From the IMG/VR virus record IMGVR_UViG_3300028571_000009: a stretch of 64,000 nucleotides of DNA. One strand, 5' to 3'. The DNA comes from a virus. Below are positions 50,827 to 60,224 of the stretch, in pieces; position 1 is the first letter of the stretch, and each line of letters begins with the position of its first letter. A program made the translations under genes and the position numbers. The notes under the pieces were generated by a model. That model made no database searches, had not been told where the DNA came from, and worked only from the letters and a program-made list of their open reading frames with translations.

Positions 50827-52091
50827 TACAACAATTAGGATATAATAACCCAGGAAATAATGGACCTTTAGGAATCGCAGATTCGCAAGGGAACTATACA
50901 TATTATGCTGACTATACTTCGGCTTTAAAAAATGCCAAAGCTGGTGACACGATTGTACAATTTGCAAATATTGTAGAAACAAAACCAGTTGTTCTTACTT
51001 TAAAAAATGGTGTGAACATCAATATGAATGGGTTTACTTATACATCATTATTATTTCCTACTGGAGCTAATAATGCTACACCCGTATTTTTATGGGATGG
51101 TAATATTGCTGTAACTTGTACTATAAGTAATGGTTCTTTTAAATCGTCTCATACATCTGCTACAGGTGTGATGGTTTATATACAAAATGCATCATCAAAT
51201 ATTACAACTAATTGTTATTTTGAAAGCGTTTCTACAAGCTTTAGTAATTTTGTATTACTTCGTAATGTAGGCATATGGACAGGTGGTAAGTTTTATCACT
51301 CTGGTTCTCCTGCTGAATATTCTTATGTAAACAGTGGTAGATTAAATAACGCTTATTTAGAATCAGGTTTATATGGTGTAAACAATGGTGGCTATGTAAA
51401 TAATTGTATTATATCTGGCGGCCAGGTGGGTGTTGGAGGGGGAGGTTATGTAAATAATTGTATTATGTTAGGTGTATATGGTATATATAGTAATAATAGT
51501 AGTGGTAAATATAGTAATTGTGTTTCAATATCAACAACAGGTTCTGCTGGATATTTATATGCTGGTTCAGCAGGTATATGTGTAAATTGTGTTTTCATAT
51601 CAACAGCAAGTCACGCATTATCTGCTGGGGTAACTACTGTACATAATTCGTTTCTATACTCAACAGCTGCTCCGTGTATAGGTGGTGGAATGGTCGGTGG
51701 TTCAGGGGTAGCTAATAGAACTAATACATTTTGGAATAGCACATTAATATCAACTACAAATTCGGTCTCAGGTTATTGGAGTAATCAAGCTATTAATACT
51801 AATTCAGGTGCAAGTAATTTTATTAATTGTACTCTAGATTGTCAATGGAATAATCCAGCAGGTCACTGTTTCGTTTCTGATAATAGGTATGGTGCTACCG
51901 CTGGTAACATAGTTTCAAATTGTTATTTAAAAGTATCAAATGTAAATGCAAAATGTTTACACGCAACACTTCCTTCTCCACTATACTTTGTTAATAATAT
52001 TTTTCAAGGAACACAAAAACCTGTTAGCGATAACATATCCCAACAACAAATTAATACAAGAGATTTATATAATAATATTTTAATAGGATGA
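50823..52091 (+). CDS. Putative beta-helix adhesin/fibre paralog 2
   Basis: Same terminal motifs; GGYVNNCI repeats; ATGA overlap. Confidence 0.6.
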   Translation: MIQQLGYNNPGNNGPLGIADSQGNYTYYADYTSALKNAKAGDTIVQFANIVETKPVVLTLKNGVNINMNGFTYTSLLFPTGANNATPVFLWDGNIAVTCTISNGSFKSSHTSATGVMVYIQNASSNITTNCYFESVSTSFSNFVLLRNVGIWTGGKFYHSGSPAEYSYVNSGRLNNAYLESGLYGVNNGGYVNNCIISGGQVGVGGGGYVNNCIMLGVYGIYSNNSSGKYSNCVSISTTGSAGYLYAGSAGICVNCVFISTASHALSAGVTTVHNSFLYSTAAPCIGGGMVGGSGVANRTNTFWNSTLISTTNSVSGYWSNQAINTNSGASNFINCTLDCQWNNPAGHCFVSDNRYGATAGNIVSNCYLKVSNVNAKCLHATLPSPLYFVNNIFQGTQKPVSDNISQQQINTRDLYNNILIG

Positions 52092-53305
52092 TACAACAAT
52101 TAGGATACGGAGTTAGTGGTAATATAGGAGTACTAGGAATAGTAAATGAGAATGGTAACTATACTTACTATGCTGATTATACATCAGCCATGATTGCTGC
52201 TAAATCTGGTGATGTAGTTGTACAATTCGCAAATATTGTTGAGAGAAAGCCTATAACTGTCACTTTAAAAAATGGCGTGAACATCAACTTAAACGGTTTT
52301 ACATATACTGTAACCACAACTGGTATTTATAATTTTTCAACAACAGCTGCTATTGTATGTTCAATAACTAATGGCACAATAACTGGAGGGATTTTCATTA
52401 ATAATGCAAGTGCAAACATTACAACTAACTGTACAATTAATGGGGGGGTATTAATATATAATGGAAATTGGAATGGTGGAGTTATTAATGGTACATTAAC
52501 GGGCATACTAGGTAATATTACAATAAACAATGTGTGTGTGAATGGTTATGGTTCATTTGGCCCTAACGGTACAACAATTACAATAAATAATTGTATATTT
52601 TCTGCAACAGCAACATATGCTGGTGACTTCGGTACTCAAAATGGAGCACGTTTACAATTTAATAGTTGTACATTTATATCATCAGCAGGGTATGCTTTAG
52701 TTGGTGCTAATGGAAGTTTTTTTAGAACATATAATTGTGTGTGTATTTCAAGAGCCAGCGTTTCTCTTGCAGTAGGAACCTCAGCGCCCGCTGGTGAACA
52801 TACAAATTTAGTAGCAATATCAACAGCATCATATGCATTACTTAGTATTAATGCTACATATTATAATGTATTCGCATATACAACAGGTAATAGTGCATTG
52901 GGTGGTAATGGTAGTAATATAATATTTACAGGTAATATTTTTTCTGTTCGCGGTAATGTATTTTATGGTGGGACACTTATTTCAACAGTTGCTGCATTGA
53001 TACCAAATACGAACCCAAATGGTGAAACTGCTAGAAACAATTCTTTTATAGGAACAACACTTGATTGTCAGTGGAATAATCGAGCTGGTTATTGTGTTGT
53101 AAATTCAAATATAGTTATAAATTGTTTTTTAAAAACAATTCATAGGAAGGCAAATGCCATCACATCAACACCAAATACAGAAAACCCAGTTTCTTGTTAT
53201 GCGTTTGGCAATACATTTTTAGGAATGGAAAAACCAATAGCTGATAATGTAATTTTAGCACAAAATAATGTCCCAGATTTATATGATAATATATTATTAG
53301 GTTAA
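52088..53305 (+). CDS. Putative beta-helix adhesin/fibre paralog 3
   Basis: Same terminal motifs (TLDCQWNN, DLYDNILLG); ATGA overlap. Confidence 0.6.
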   Translation: MIQQLGYGVSGNIGVLGIVNENGNYTYYADYTSAMIAAKSGDVVVQFANIVERKPITVTLKNGVNINLNGFTYTVTTTGIYNFSTTAAIVCSITNGTITGGIFINNASANITTNCTINGGVLIYNGNWNGGVINGTLTGILGNITINNVCVNGYGSFGPNGTTITINNCIFSATATYAGDFGTQNGARLQFNSCTFISSAGYALVGANGSFFRTYNCVCISRASVSLAVGTSAPAGEHTNLVAISTASYALLSINATYYNVFAYTTGNSALGGNGSNIIFTGNIFSVRGNVFYGGTLISTVAALIPNTNPNGETARNNSFIGTTLDCQWNNRAGYCVVNSNIVINCFLKTIHRKANAITSTPNTENPVSCYAFGNTFLGMEKPIADNVILAQNNVPDLYDNILLG

Positions 53306-53356
53306 AATTTTACAGACAAAATAAAAAAAGCTAATATTTATATATAAATATAATTT

Positions 53357-53629
53357 ATGTCAGAAAATATTCAACAAATTGTAGTACAAATTACTTCAGC
53401 TCCGTTCGTTAGAGCACTTGCTCAATATGGTAATGCGTTACTTCCAAGCTCACAACAAGAAATACCTTATGATACATTAACAGATGAAGAAAAGGCTATT
53501 TGGGATGCTTTTATAGTAATGATAGAAAACAGATACAACGCTAATGATGTTATTTCTACAGAATTTGCAGCAGTAACAAAACGTTTAGAGGAATTACAAG
53601 CAATGATTGGTCAAAATCAACCAGTATAA
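53357..53629 (+). CDS. Small hypothetical protein
   Basis: 90 aa with C-terminal coiled coil. Confidence 0.6.
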   Translation: MSENIQQIVVQITSAPFVRALAQYGNALLPSSQQEIPYDTLTDEEKAIWDAFIVMIENRYNANDVISTEFAAVTKRLEELQAMIGQNQPV

Positions 53630-53640
53630 ATTAATTAAAA

Positions 53641-53979
53641 ATGCCAACATTAGGATTCGGCACGCCACCAAACATTCAAAGCCCGGTAGATAGTGATAAT
53701 ATCAATTATTACGCCAAAACTGGTACATTGTCCGTGTTACAAGTTCTTGATTTTCCATCAACATCGGCACAGAATTCCAGCGATATCACGGTACCCGTAA
53801 CCGGTGCGGTATTAAATGATATTGTTTTATTAGGTGTACCTAATGGTTCTACATTAAGTAATAGTTGTTTTACCGCTTGGGTGAGTGCAAGTAATGTAGT
53901 AACAATTAGATTTAATAATTACTCATCAGGTCCTCTAGACCCAGCATCCGGAACATTTAAAGTGCGTGTATTAAAATAA
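53641..53979 (+). CDS. Small beta-rich structural-type protein
   Basis: VPVTGAVLNDIV...AWVSASNVVTIRFNN. Confidence 0.6.
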   Translation: MPTLGFGTPPNIQSPVDSDNINYYAKTGTLSVLQVLDFPSTSAQNSSDITVPVTGAVLNDIVLLGVPNGSTLSNSCFTAWVSASNVVTIRFNNYSSGPLDPASGTFKVRVLK

Positions 53980-54017
53980 TATTTCCTATATTTATATAAA
54001 ATAAAAACGTTACAATT

Positions 54018-54290
54018 ATGTCAGCAGTTACGAAAATCAAACCAGAAGAATTAACTACTCTCCAATCATTACAACAAGCCTACTCAGATATCACTGCTAA
54101 GTTCGGACAGATTAAGGTGGAGCGTTTAATGATTCAGACTCAAGACGAAAGACTTGTTGCTTTAGAAGATTCTTTAGAAACACAATTTAAAGATAATCAA
54201 GCAAAGGAATCTGAATTCTTAAAATCTTTAGAATCTACATACGGTAAGGTATCGGTGAATATTGAAACCGGAGAAATTACGACTCTATAA
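54018..54290 (+). CDS. Small coiled-coil protein
   Basis: 90 aa; TATTTATA at 53989. Confidence 0.65.
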   Translation: MSAVTKIKPEELTTLQSLQQAYSDITAKFGQIKVERLMIQTQDERLVALEDSLETQFKDNQAKESEFLKSLESTYGKVSVNIETGEITTL

Positions 54291-54369
54291 TATTTTCAAT
54301 ATTTTATGCCATATTTATATGTAAGATATTCTCATACATAATTATATCTAACAATATAAAATCTAAACA

Positions 54370-56868
54370 ATGGCAGAAAAAACAGTATCCGCTGGGGTAT
54401 TTACCAATGAAAAGGACCTTTCATTCTTACCACAGGGAGTAGCACAAATAGGTGCTGCAGTAATTGGTCCTACAATTAAAGGACCCGCTTTTATCCCAAC
54501 TATCGTCGAATCGTATAACGATTTCGTACAAAAATTCGGCGATACGACTCCGGATTCATACGTACCGTATACCATTAAAGACTATTTAAAGAACTCAGGT
54601 AGAGTTACGGTAGTACGTACTTTATTCGAAAACGGGTACAAAATGGATGCCCCGGTAGGTATAGTATTGTCTGGTTCGTATGGTAAGAAATTAATGGCCG
54701 TATTGCATCCTACGCAGATGATTACAAATGAGGCAGCGTATTCATATACCACACCGACATTATCGGTGTTTGAGAAATCAACCGTAACAACCAATTGGAA
54801 CCTAGGAGTTTCCGGGTCATTAACGGGGTCATTAGGGAACTTTGTACTGTCTATATCAGGTAGTGCACAGGCAGAAAAAAATACGACTGCAAATGTATAC
54901 TCCGCCAGTTTAGTGTCAACGAATGCTAGCTACTTATCTAAAATATTACCACTTAATCCTAAATCATACACGGCGCCTGCATACTTATATAATTTATATG
55001 GTAATGCAATTGCATCGGCATTAGCCGCTGATTCGGGTTCTGTAGTATCAGTGATATCAGGTTCATCAAATAGCTGGGACTTTGCTCAAGATGCTTCGTA
55101 TGCAACTACTCCGTGGATTACATCACAAAAGACGAACGGGAACATCAAGAAAGAACTAGTACGATTCAGTACATTATCAGATGGTACAGCGGTAAATTAT
55201 GAGGTAAAAGTTGCGATTGCTGATATCAAAGCAGCGGGCACAGTTCCTGGTTCAACCTATGGTTCATTTACAGTAATTGTAAGAGCTGTCGACCAAAGTG
55301 CTATTCAAGGAAGTCCATTCACGACAGGTGATGATTCCGATAGCAGACCTAATATATTAGAATTGTTTGATAATGTTAACCTAGACCCGACGTCGACAAA
55401 TTATATAGCTCGTAGAATTGGTGATAGATATGTTACAATTGATGCTAACGGAAAAATAACTTATTCCGGTGATTATCCGAATAACTCTAAATATATTAGA
55501 GTAGTAGCTGACGACGATGTGATAAACGCAGTGAACTCAGCAACTCTAGTACCGTTTGGATTTAGAGCTCTAGTAGCGCCGGTACCGGTAGGATTTGTAA
55601 GTGGAAGTGATGGAGTAGTTACTATACCAGCAGCATCATATGTAACTGACCAAATAGTAGCGAACTCGTACAGCAAACGTAAGTATTATGGGTTTGATTT
55701 TAGCTTATCAACTACAGATAACTTAAATTATCTAGCACCACTTCCAGTTACCGAAGTACAGACAACAGGTTCTAACGCGGATTTCTATTTAGGAGATTAT
55801 TCACAGAATGCTAGTGCGGGCACGTACACAGGGTCGATAGACCTTAGCACAAGTACAGTACTTGATACCCGTAAGTTTATAGTTCCGTTCCAAGGAGGTT
55901 TTGATGGTACATATCCGAACATACGAAAACTAAACGGTTCTAGTATTGAAGCGGCGAATATGCAAGGATTTAATTTATCCGCAGCAACATCAGCCGGTTA
56001 TTTGGCATATAAAAAATGTGTTGATGCAGTAAGTAACCCGGATGAATTTGATATCAATATGCTTGTATTACCGGGAACTAACTATAATGAACATCCGTTG
56101 ATTTTGAACTATGCGATGGACTTAGCTCTTGATAGAGGTGATACATTTATTGTTCTAGACGCGGTTGGCCTACCAGGAACGGGTGCGGTAGCTGCGACTG
56201 TGTTATCAGAAGCAGTAAATGCTGTTAATCCAATTGATAATAACTACGCGGCGACTTATTGGCCATGGGTTAAGATACTAGATGCCGGAATTAATAGACC
56301 AGTATGGGTACCAACCGCAGCGGTGTTGCCAGGTGTGATAGCATTTAGTGATAAGGTAGCAGCTGAATGGTATGCACCAGCCGGATTAAATAGAGGCGGT
56401 ATTACATCAGTAATTGATGCATGGACTCGTCTAACTCAAGATGAGAGAGATACTTTATATCAAGCCAGAATTAATCCGATTGCAACATTCCCGGGACAAG
56501 GCGTATGTGTATGGGGTCAGAAAACTCTTCAAGCTAAGCCTAGTGCATTAGATAGAGTAAATGTTCGTAGATTGTTGATAGCCGTTAAGAAATATATCGC
56601 ATCAGCAACCAAATATTTGGTATTCGAAAATAATACTGCCGCAACACGTAACCGATTCTTAAATATTGTGAATCCGTATATGAGCTCAGTACAACAACGT
56701 CAAGGTTTGTATTCGTTTAAAGTTGTAATGGATGAGTCAAACAATACACCGGACGTAATTGACCGTAATATTATGTATGGACAGATATTCTTGCAACCAG
56801 CAAAGGCTGCCGAGTTTATCATTATAGACTTTAATATTCAACCCACAGGTGCTTCCTTCACCCAGTAA
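54370..56868 (+). CDS. gp18: Tail sheath protein (gp18-like)
   Basis: VSAGVFTNEKD, GPTIKGPAF, WYAPAGLNRG, WGQKTL, RVNVRRL, QPAKAAEFI. Confidence 0.95.
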   Translation: MAEKTVSAGVFTNEKDLSFLPQGVAQIGAAVIGPTIKGPAFIPTIVESYNDFVQKFGDTTPDSYVPYTIKDYLKNSGRVTVVRTLFENGYKMDAPVGIVLSGSYGKKLMAVLHPTQMITNEAAYSYTTPTLSVFEKSTVTTNWNLGVSGSLTGSLGNFVLSISGSAQAEKNTTANVYSASLVSTNASYLSKILPLNPKSYTAPAYLYNLYGNAIASALAADSGSVVSVISGSSNSWDFAQDASYATTPWITSQKTNGNIKKELVRFSTLSDGTAVNYEVKVAIADIKAAGTVPGSTYGSFTVIVRAVDQSAIQGSPFTTGDDSDSRPNILELFDNVNLDPTSTNYIARRIGDRYVTIDANGKITYSGDYPNNSKYIRVVADDDVINAVNSATLVPFGFRALVAPVPVGFVSGSDGVVTIPAASYVTDQIVANSYSKRKYYGFDFSLSTTDNLNYLAPLPVTEVQTTGSNADFYLGDYSQNASAGTYTGSIDLSTSTVLDTRKFIVPFQGGFDGTYPNIRKLNGSSIEAANMQGFNLSAATSAGYLAYKKCVDAVSNPDEFDINMLVLPGTNYNEHPLILNYAMDLALDRGDTFIVLDAVGLPGTGAVAATVLSEAVNAVNPIDNNYAATYWPWVKILDAGINRPVWVPTAAVLPGVIAFSDKVAAEWYAPAGLNRGGITSVIDAWTRLTQDERDTLYQARINPIATFPGQGVCVWGQKTLQAKPSALDRVNVRRLLIAVKKYIASATKYLVFENNTAATRNRFLNIVNPYMSSVQQRQGLYSFKVVMDESNNTPDVIDRNIMYGQIFLQPAKAAEFIIIDFNIQPTGASFTQ

Positions 56869-56893
56869 AACGTAACTTAAAATCATTTAAGAT

Positions 56894-56929
56894 AAAAGTC
56901 CTCTATATTTATAGTATAGGGGATTTTTT
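56894..56929 (+). promoter_or_regulatory. 14-bp hairpin (terminator-like) enclosing the promoter motif and covering the SD-like GGGGA of the endonuclease gene
   Basis: 56894-56907 pairs with 56915-56928 (two G-U pairs); loop TTTATAG; TATTTATA at 56906; ATG at 56930. Confidence 0.75.
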
Positions 56930-57787
56930 ATGAAAGAAACGTCAAATTGTGTGAATTGTCTATCCGAATTTACTTGGTATAAGTACGACCATAAACCGGA
57001 TAAAAAGTATTGTAGTATCGGCTGTTATATGTCCCATAAGAAATTACTTAATCTAGAACACAACCGGATAACAAAGGTGTGTAAATTTTGTGCGGCTGAA
57101 TTTAGTGTTGCTGATAGTGTTAATTGTAATAAACGTGAATTTTGTAGTAAGCAATGCATGTATGATAACCGTAAACATTCGAGTCATCATATTATACCAT
57201 GTAATAATTGCGGCGAACCTATTAGTGATTATAAAATTAAAACTACAAGAATGTTCTGTTCACCAGAATGTCAACGTTCTAGCATTTGGAGAAGCGAATT
57301 AAGTCGTGACCAAATGTTGTACAATAATCCAATGAATGACCCAGCAAAAATTCAAAAAATCAAGGACACCAAAATGGCTAAGTATGGTAATCCGAGCTAC
57401 AATAATCCGGAAAAAAATGTCGAAACCATGATTGCTAAATACGGTGTTAAGTATGCGTTTGATTTACATCCTAGCAATGGTCATAGGATATCTAAGCCGC
57501 AAAGACTTCAATTTAAAAAGGTATTGGAGCGATATCCCGACGCTATTCTTGAACACTATCTACCAGACGTGCATATTTCGGTTGATATTTACATACCGTC
57601 TCTTAAGAAAATAGTCGAGGTGTATGGTGATTATTGGCATTGTAACCCGAATATATTTTCAAAAGATATGTATCATAATCAATTGCATATGACAGCGAAC
57701 ACCAAATGGGAAATTGATTCGATAAGAAAAAAAAAATTAGAATCTGCAGGATACACTGTAGATGTGGTTTGGGAGTCAGAAATTTAA
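56930..57787 (+). CDS. Putative homing endonuclease (triple zinc finger + Vsr-like domain)
   Basis: Three CxxC...[YF]CSxxC units; VDIYIPSLKKIVEVYGDYWH. Confidence 0.8.
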   Translation: MKETSNCVNCLSEFTWYKYDHKPDKKYCSIGCYMSHKKLLNLEHNRITKVCKFCAAEFSVADSVNCNKREFCSKQCMYDNRKHSSHHIIPCNNCGEPISDYKIKTTRMFCSPECQRSSIWRSELSRDQMLYNNPMNDPAKIQKIKDTKMAKYGNPSYNNPEKNVETMIAKYGVKYAFDLHPSNGHRISKPQRLQFKKVLERYPDAILEHYLPDVHISVDIYIPSLKKIVEVYGDYWHCNPNIFSKDMYHNQLHMTANTKWEIDSIRKKKLESAGYTVDVVWESEI

Positions 57788-57794
57788 TCAAAAA

Positions 57795-57820
57795 GAGAAT
57801 AGGGCTTCGGCCCTATTTTC
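57795..57820 (+). terminator. Intrinsic terminator with UUCG tetraloop
   Basis: GAGAATAGGGC-TTCG-GCCCTATTTTC. Confidence 0.85.
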
Positions 57821-57913
57821 ATGTGCGGTAATAGCACTCATTTAAGAGCATATAATACATTTGTATAATTTGATATACATAATTTATATTTATTAGTATA
57901 ACGCTTTCTAAGA

Positions 57914-58372
57914 ATGAAACTAACTATAATCTTGATGGTAATTAGTGCAATGCTAGTAATTATTGCTGGTATGTGTAAGGCATTTGGTGATACAATTCAA
58001 TTCCATTTTCCATTCTCTAAACTAAGTCAGTTAGGTGATTGGTGGAATCCACGCGAAAGCTGGAAATTAAAATATAGTAAAGCGATGACCCTAACGAAAA
58101 AAGCGTGGTGGTATATTGGATTACATACACCGACCTATGATGAGATGTTTCCATTTAGTACCACTATATTAGTTGCATTAACAGACGCGTGGCATTTCTG
58201 GGGCATGATTCATAACTCCACATTACTAGGCTCAGGTATAGCATTTGGCGCGGCTCTACCATACTTACTTAATTTAAGTAATCTATATTTATTACTAGTA
58301 ATACCATTGTATATGGTGTTCGCATTAACATTTCACGTATTTTTTCATAACATATTACCGAACAAAAAATGA
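57914..58372 (+). CDS. Multi-pass membrane protein
   Basis: Several hydrophobic segments; TDAWHFW. Confidence 0.7.
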   Translation: MKLTIILMVISAMLVIIAGMCKAFGDTIQFHFPFSKLSQLGDWWNPRESWKLKYSKAMTLTKKAWWYIGLHTPTYDEMFPFSTTILVALTDAWHFWGMIHNSTLLGSGIAFGAALPYLLNLSNLYLLLVIPLYMVFALTFHVFFHNILPNKK

Positions 58373-58656
58373 GCAAAGTTAAAGATTGGTATGACAGTTT
58401 GCAACCATCCACACAAGTAAAACTATTACAATGGGTGGGTTATCCACTATTATTTTTAATATTTATAATTCCAGGATTAATTTACTGGACTACACCTTCT
58501 CTTTATAATGATGGGAGACATGAGTGGATGATGTGGTGGACAATAGTTACAGCTTCTACATTTGTCGCTGTAGGTATAGGCTATTTTGTAATTTATAGGA
58601 ATGTTAAAGAAGCAATTGAATTAAAAAAATGGAGAAAAGAACATCCAGCACCATGA
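58369..58656 (+). CDS. Two-TM membrane protein
   Basis: Two hydrophobic helices and a basic C-terminus; ATGA overlap. Confidence 0.7.
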   Translation: MSKVKDWYDSLQPSTQVKLLQWVGYPLLFLIFIIPGLIYWTTPSLYNDGRHEWMMWWTIVTASTFVAVGIGYFVIYRNVKEAIELKKWRKEHPAP

Positions 58657-58686
58657 AATTAGACATCAAGATTTTAAATATATTAT

Positions 58687-58995
58687 ATGCATAAGTTTAC
58701 ATTTACCTATTACGGTTGGATTCCATCATACAGAGATTTTGACCAAGACGATTATGAGTGTTCTGCAAAGACAATGCAAGACGCTTGGGCAGATTTTAAT
58801 AAGCACGTTAAATTCGTTAAAAGTGCCGCTCTTACTCATATTGATGGAAAAGCCGTTAAGAAAGACAATTTACCGGTACCAACTCAAGAAGGGAAATTAT
58901 CGTTGGATATTAAGAAGCTCGTTCGGGAAGAAGTTAAGAAGGCTATCAATGAGGATGCTACTTCATTTGTAAAAACATTCAAACAACCTAATTAA
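58687..58995 (+). CDS. Hypothetical protein with a C-terminal copy of the LIREE motif
   Basis: DIKKLVREEVKKAINE near the C-terminus. Confidence 0.6.
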   Translation: MHKFTFTYYGWIPSYRDFDQDDYECSAKTMQDAWADFNKHVKFVKSAALTHIDGKAVKKDNLPVPTQEGKLSLDIKKLVREEVKKAINEDATSFVKTFKQPN

Positions 58996-59001
58996 CACAA
59001 T

Positions 59002-59388
59002 ATGAAAATATCACAATTCAAGAAACTTATAAACGAAGAAATCAGAACCGTTCTAAAAGAACAAGAAGCTTCTGATGCAATGGCCGCGATAGAACATATT
59101 AAGGCCGCAGTGAAAGATTTATCAGGCTCTACAATCGCACAAGAAGATGCCGTGCTTCAACATTTAATGGCTAAATATACAGGTCTATTAGGTAAGATTA
59201 CTTCTTACATAAAGACGAAGTATAAAGTAGAAGATGAGCCGGTTGATGATACACAACAAGATGTGAGCCCGGAAGCTTCGGGTCAACGTCAAGTACCTAA
59301 AACTCAACCATCTAAGCAACACGCTCCGGTTAAGAAAGCGCCTAGTACACCAACATCAGGGGCGCCTGACTACTCTAAATCAGTATAG
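59002..59388 (+). CDS. Hypothetical protein with LIREE-type leader
   Basis: MKISQFKKLINEEIRTVLKE. Confidence 0.7.
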   Translation: MKISQFKKLINEEIRTVLKEQEASDAMAAIEHIKAAVKDLSGSTIAQEDAVLQHLMAKYTGLLGKITSYIKTKYKVEDEPVDDTQQDVSPEASGQRQVPKTQPSKQHAPVKKAPSTPTSGAPDYSKSV

Positions 59389-59394
59389 TTTATT

Positions 59395-60174
59395 ATGGCG
59401 TCGAAAGATTACTATAAAAAAGTTTTAGAGTCGTTCAAACTAAATGTTAACGAAGACGTTGTCGATGACGTGTTCGGTAAGGTAGCATTCGGTGGTGTAC
59501 CAAACCGTAGCAAGTCAGGTAAAATTCTTAAATTACAGGGCCTTAGTCCAGTAAATACAAACCGAGAAGCTGATACGGAACGCGAAACTACTTTATTTGA
59601 TGCATTAAATGATTGGACCGGTAGCTCTAGCCGTGAGGTTGTATCCGTATTATATAAATTTAAAGATTTAATTCGTGCAGCTCAGAAGAAATTCCCAGGC
59701 CTGTTCAATCCCAGCACATCTAATGGTACTATATTATATAGAGGCTTGGACGAAGTTAGCAGTAAATTAGCTGCTAAGCTCGGTAGTACTACTAGAGAAG
59801 ATTGGCAACAGCTAAAATCAAGTCACGGTGTATACTGGGTATGTATGAAACCAGTAACGTATACTCCTAGAAAAAAGTGTCAAAGTTGGACAGATTCATT
59901 TAGAATTGCATCAAACGGATTTCTCGGAGAAGGATTGTTGGTGACTAAACAATCTGATGAATTCATGATTAACCAAGATTTACTGCAGATTATATTTAGC
60001 GGTAGGAGCGAACGCGAAGTAATCCATTTCGGGACGGAATTTAAGAATAAAGTATATGTCGCAGTATCTGATGACGTGTTTCATGATGAGATATTGAAGC
60101 GTATGCTCCGTCTACAGAAGGGAATGTCTAAATTAGACAAATTGCAGAATATTGCTAAAGTAGTCAAACTATAA
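59395..60174 (+). CDS. Putative ADP-ribosyltransferase (R-S-E type)
   Basis: ILYRG, QSWT and SEREV motifs in the canonical order. Confidence 0.6.
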   Translation: MASKDYYKKVLESFKLNVNEDVVDDVFGKVAFGGVPNRSKSGKILKLQGLSPVNTNREADTERETTLFDALNDWTGSSSREVVSVLYKFKDLIRAAQKKFPGLFNPSTSNGTILYRGLDEVSSKLAAKLGSTTREDWQQLKSSHGVYWVCMKPVTYTPRKKCQSWTDSFRIASNGFLGEGLLVTKQSDEFMINQDLLQIIFSGRSEREVIHFGTEFKNKVYVAVSDDVFHDEILKRMLRLQKGMSKLDKLQNIAKVVKL

Positions 60175-60224
60175 CATGTTTTATAAAACAATCGATATTT
60201 ATATTAAATTAAAACACAAATAAC

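Noticed and set aside
49618-53305. Diversity-generating retroelement target
   Set aside because: No reverse transcriptase in the window, and differences between paralogs are not adenine-specific
57856-57863. Bacteroidetes-type TAnnTTTG promoter element (TACATTTG)
   Set aside because: Single instance without a matching upstream TTTG element; not enough to call a promoter or a host
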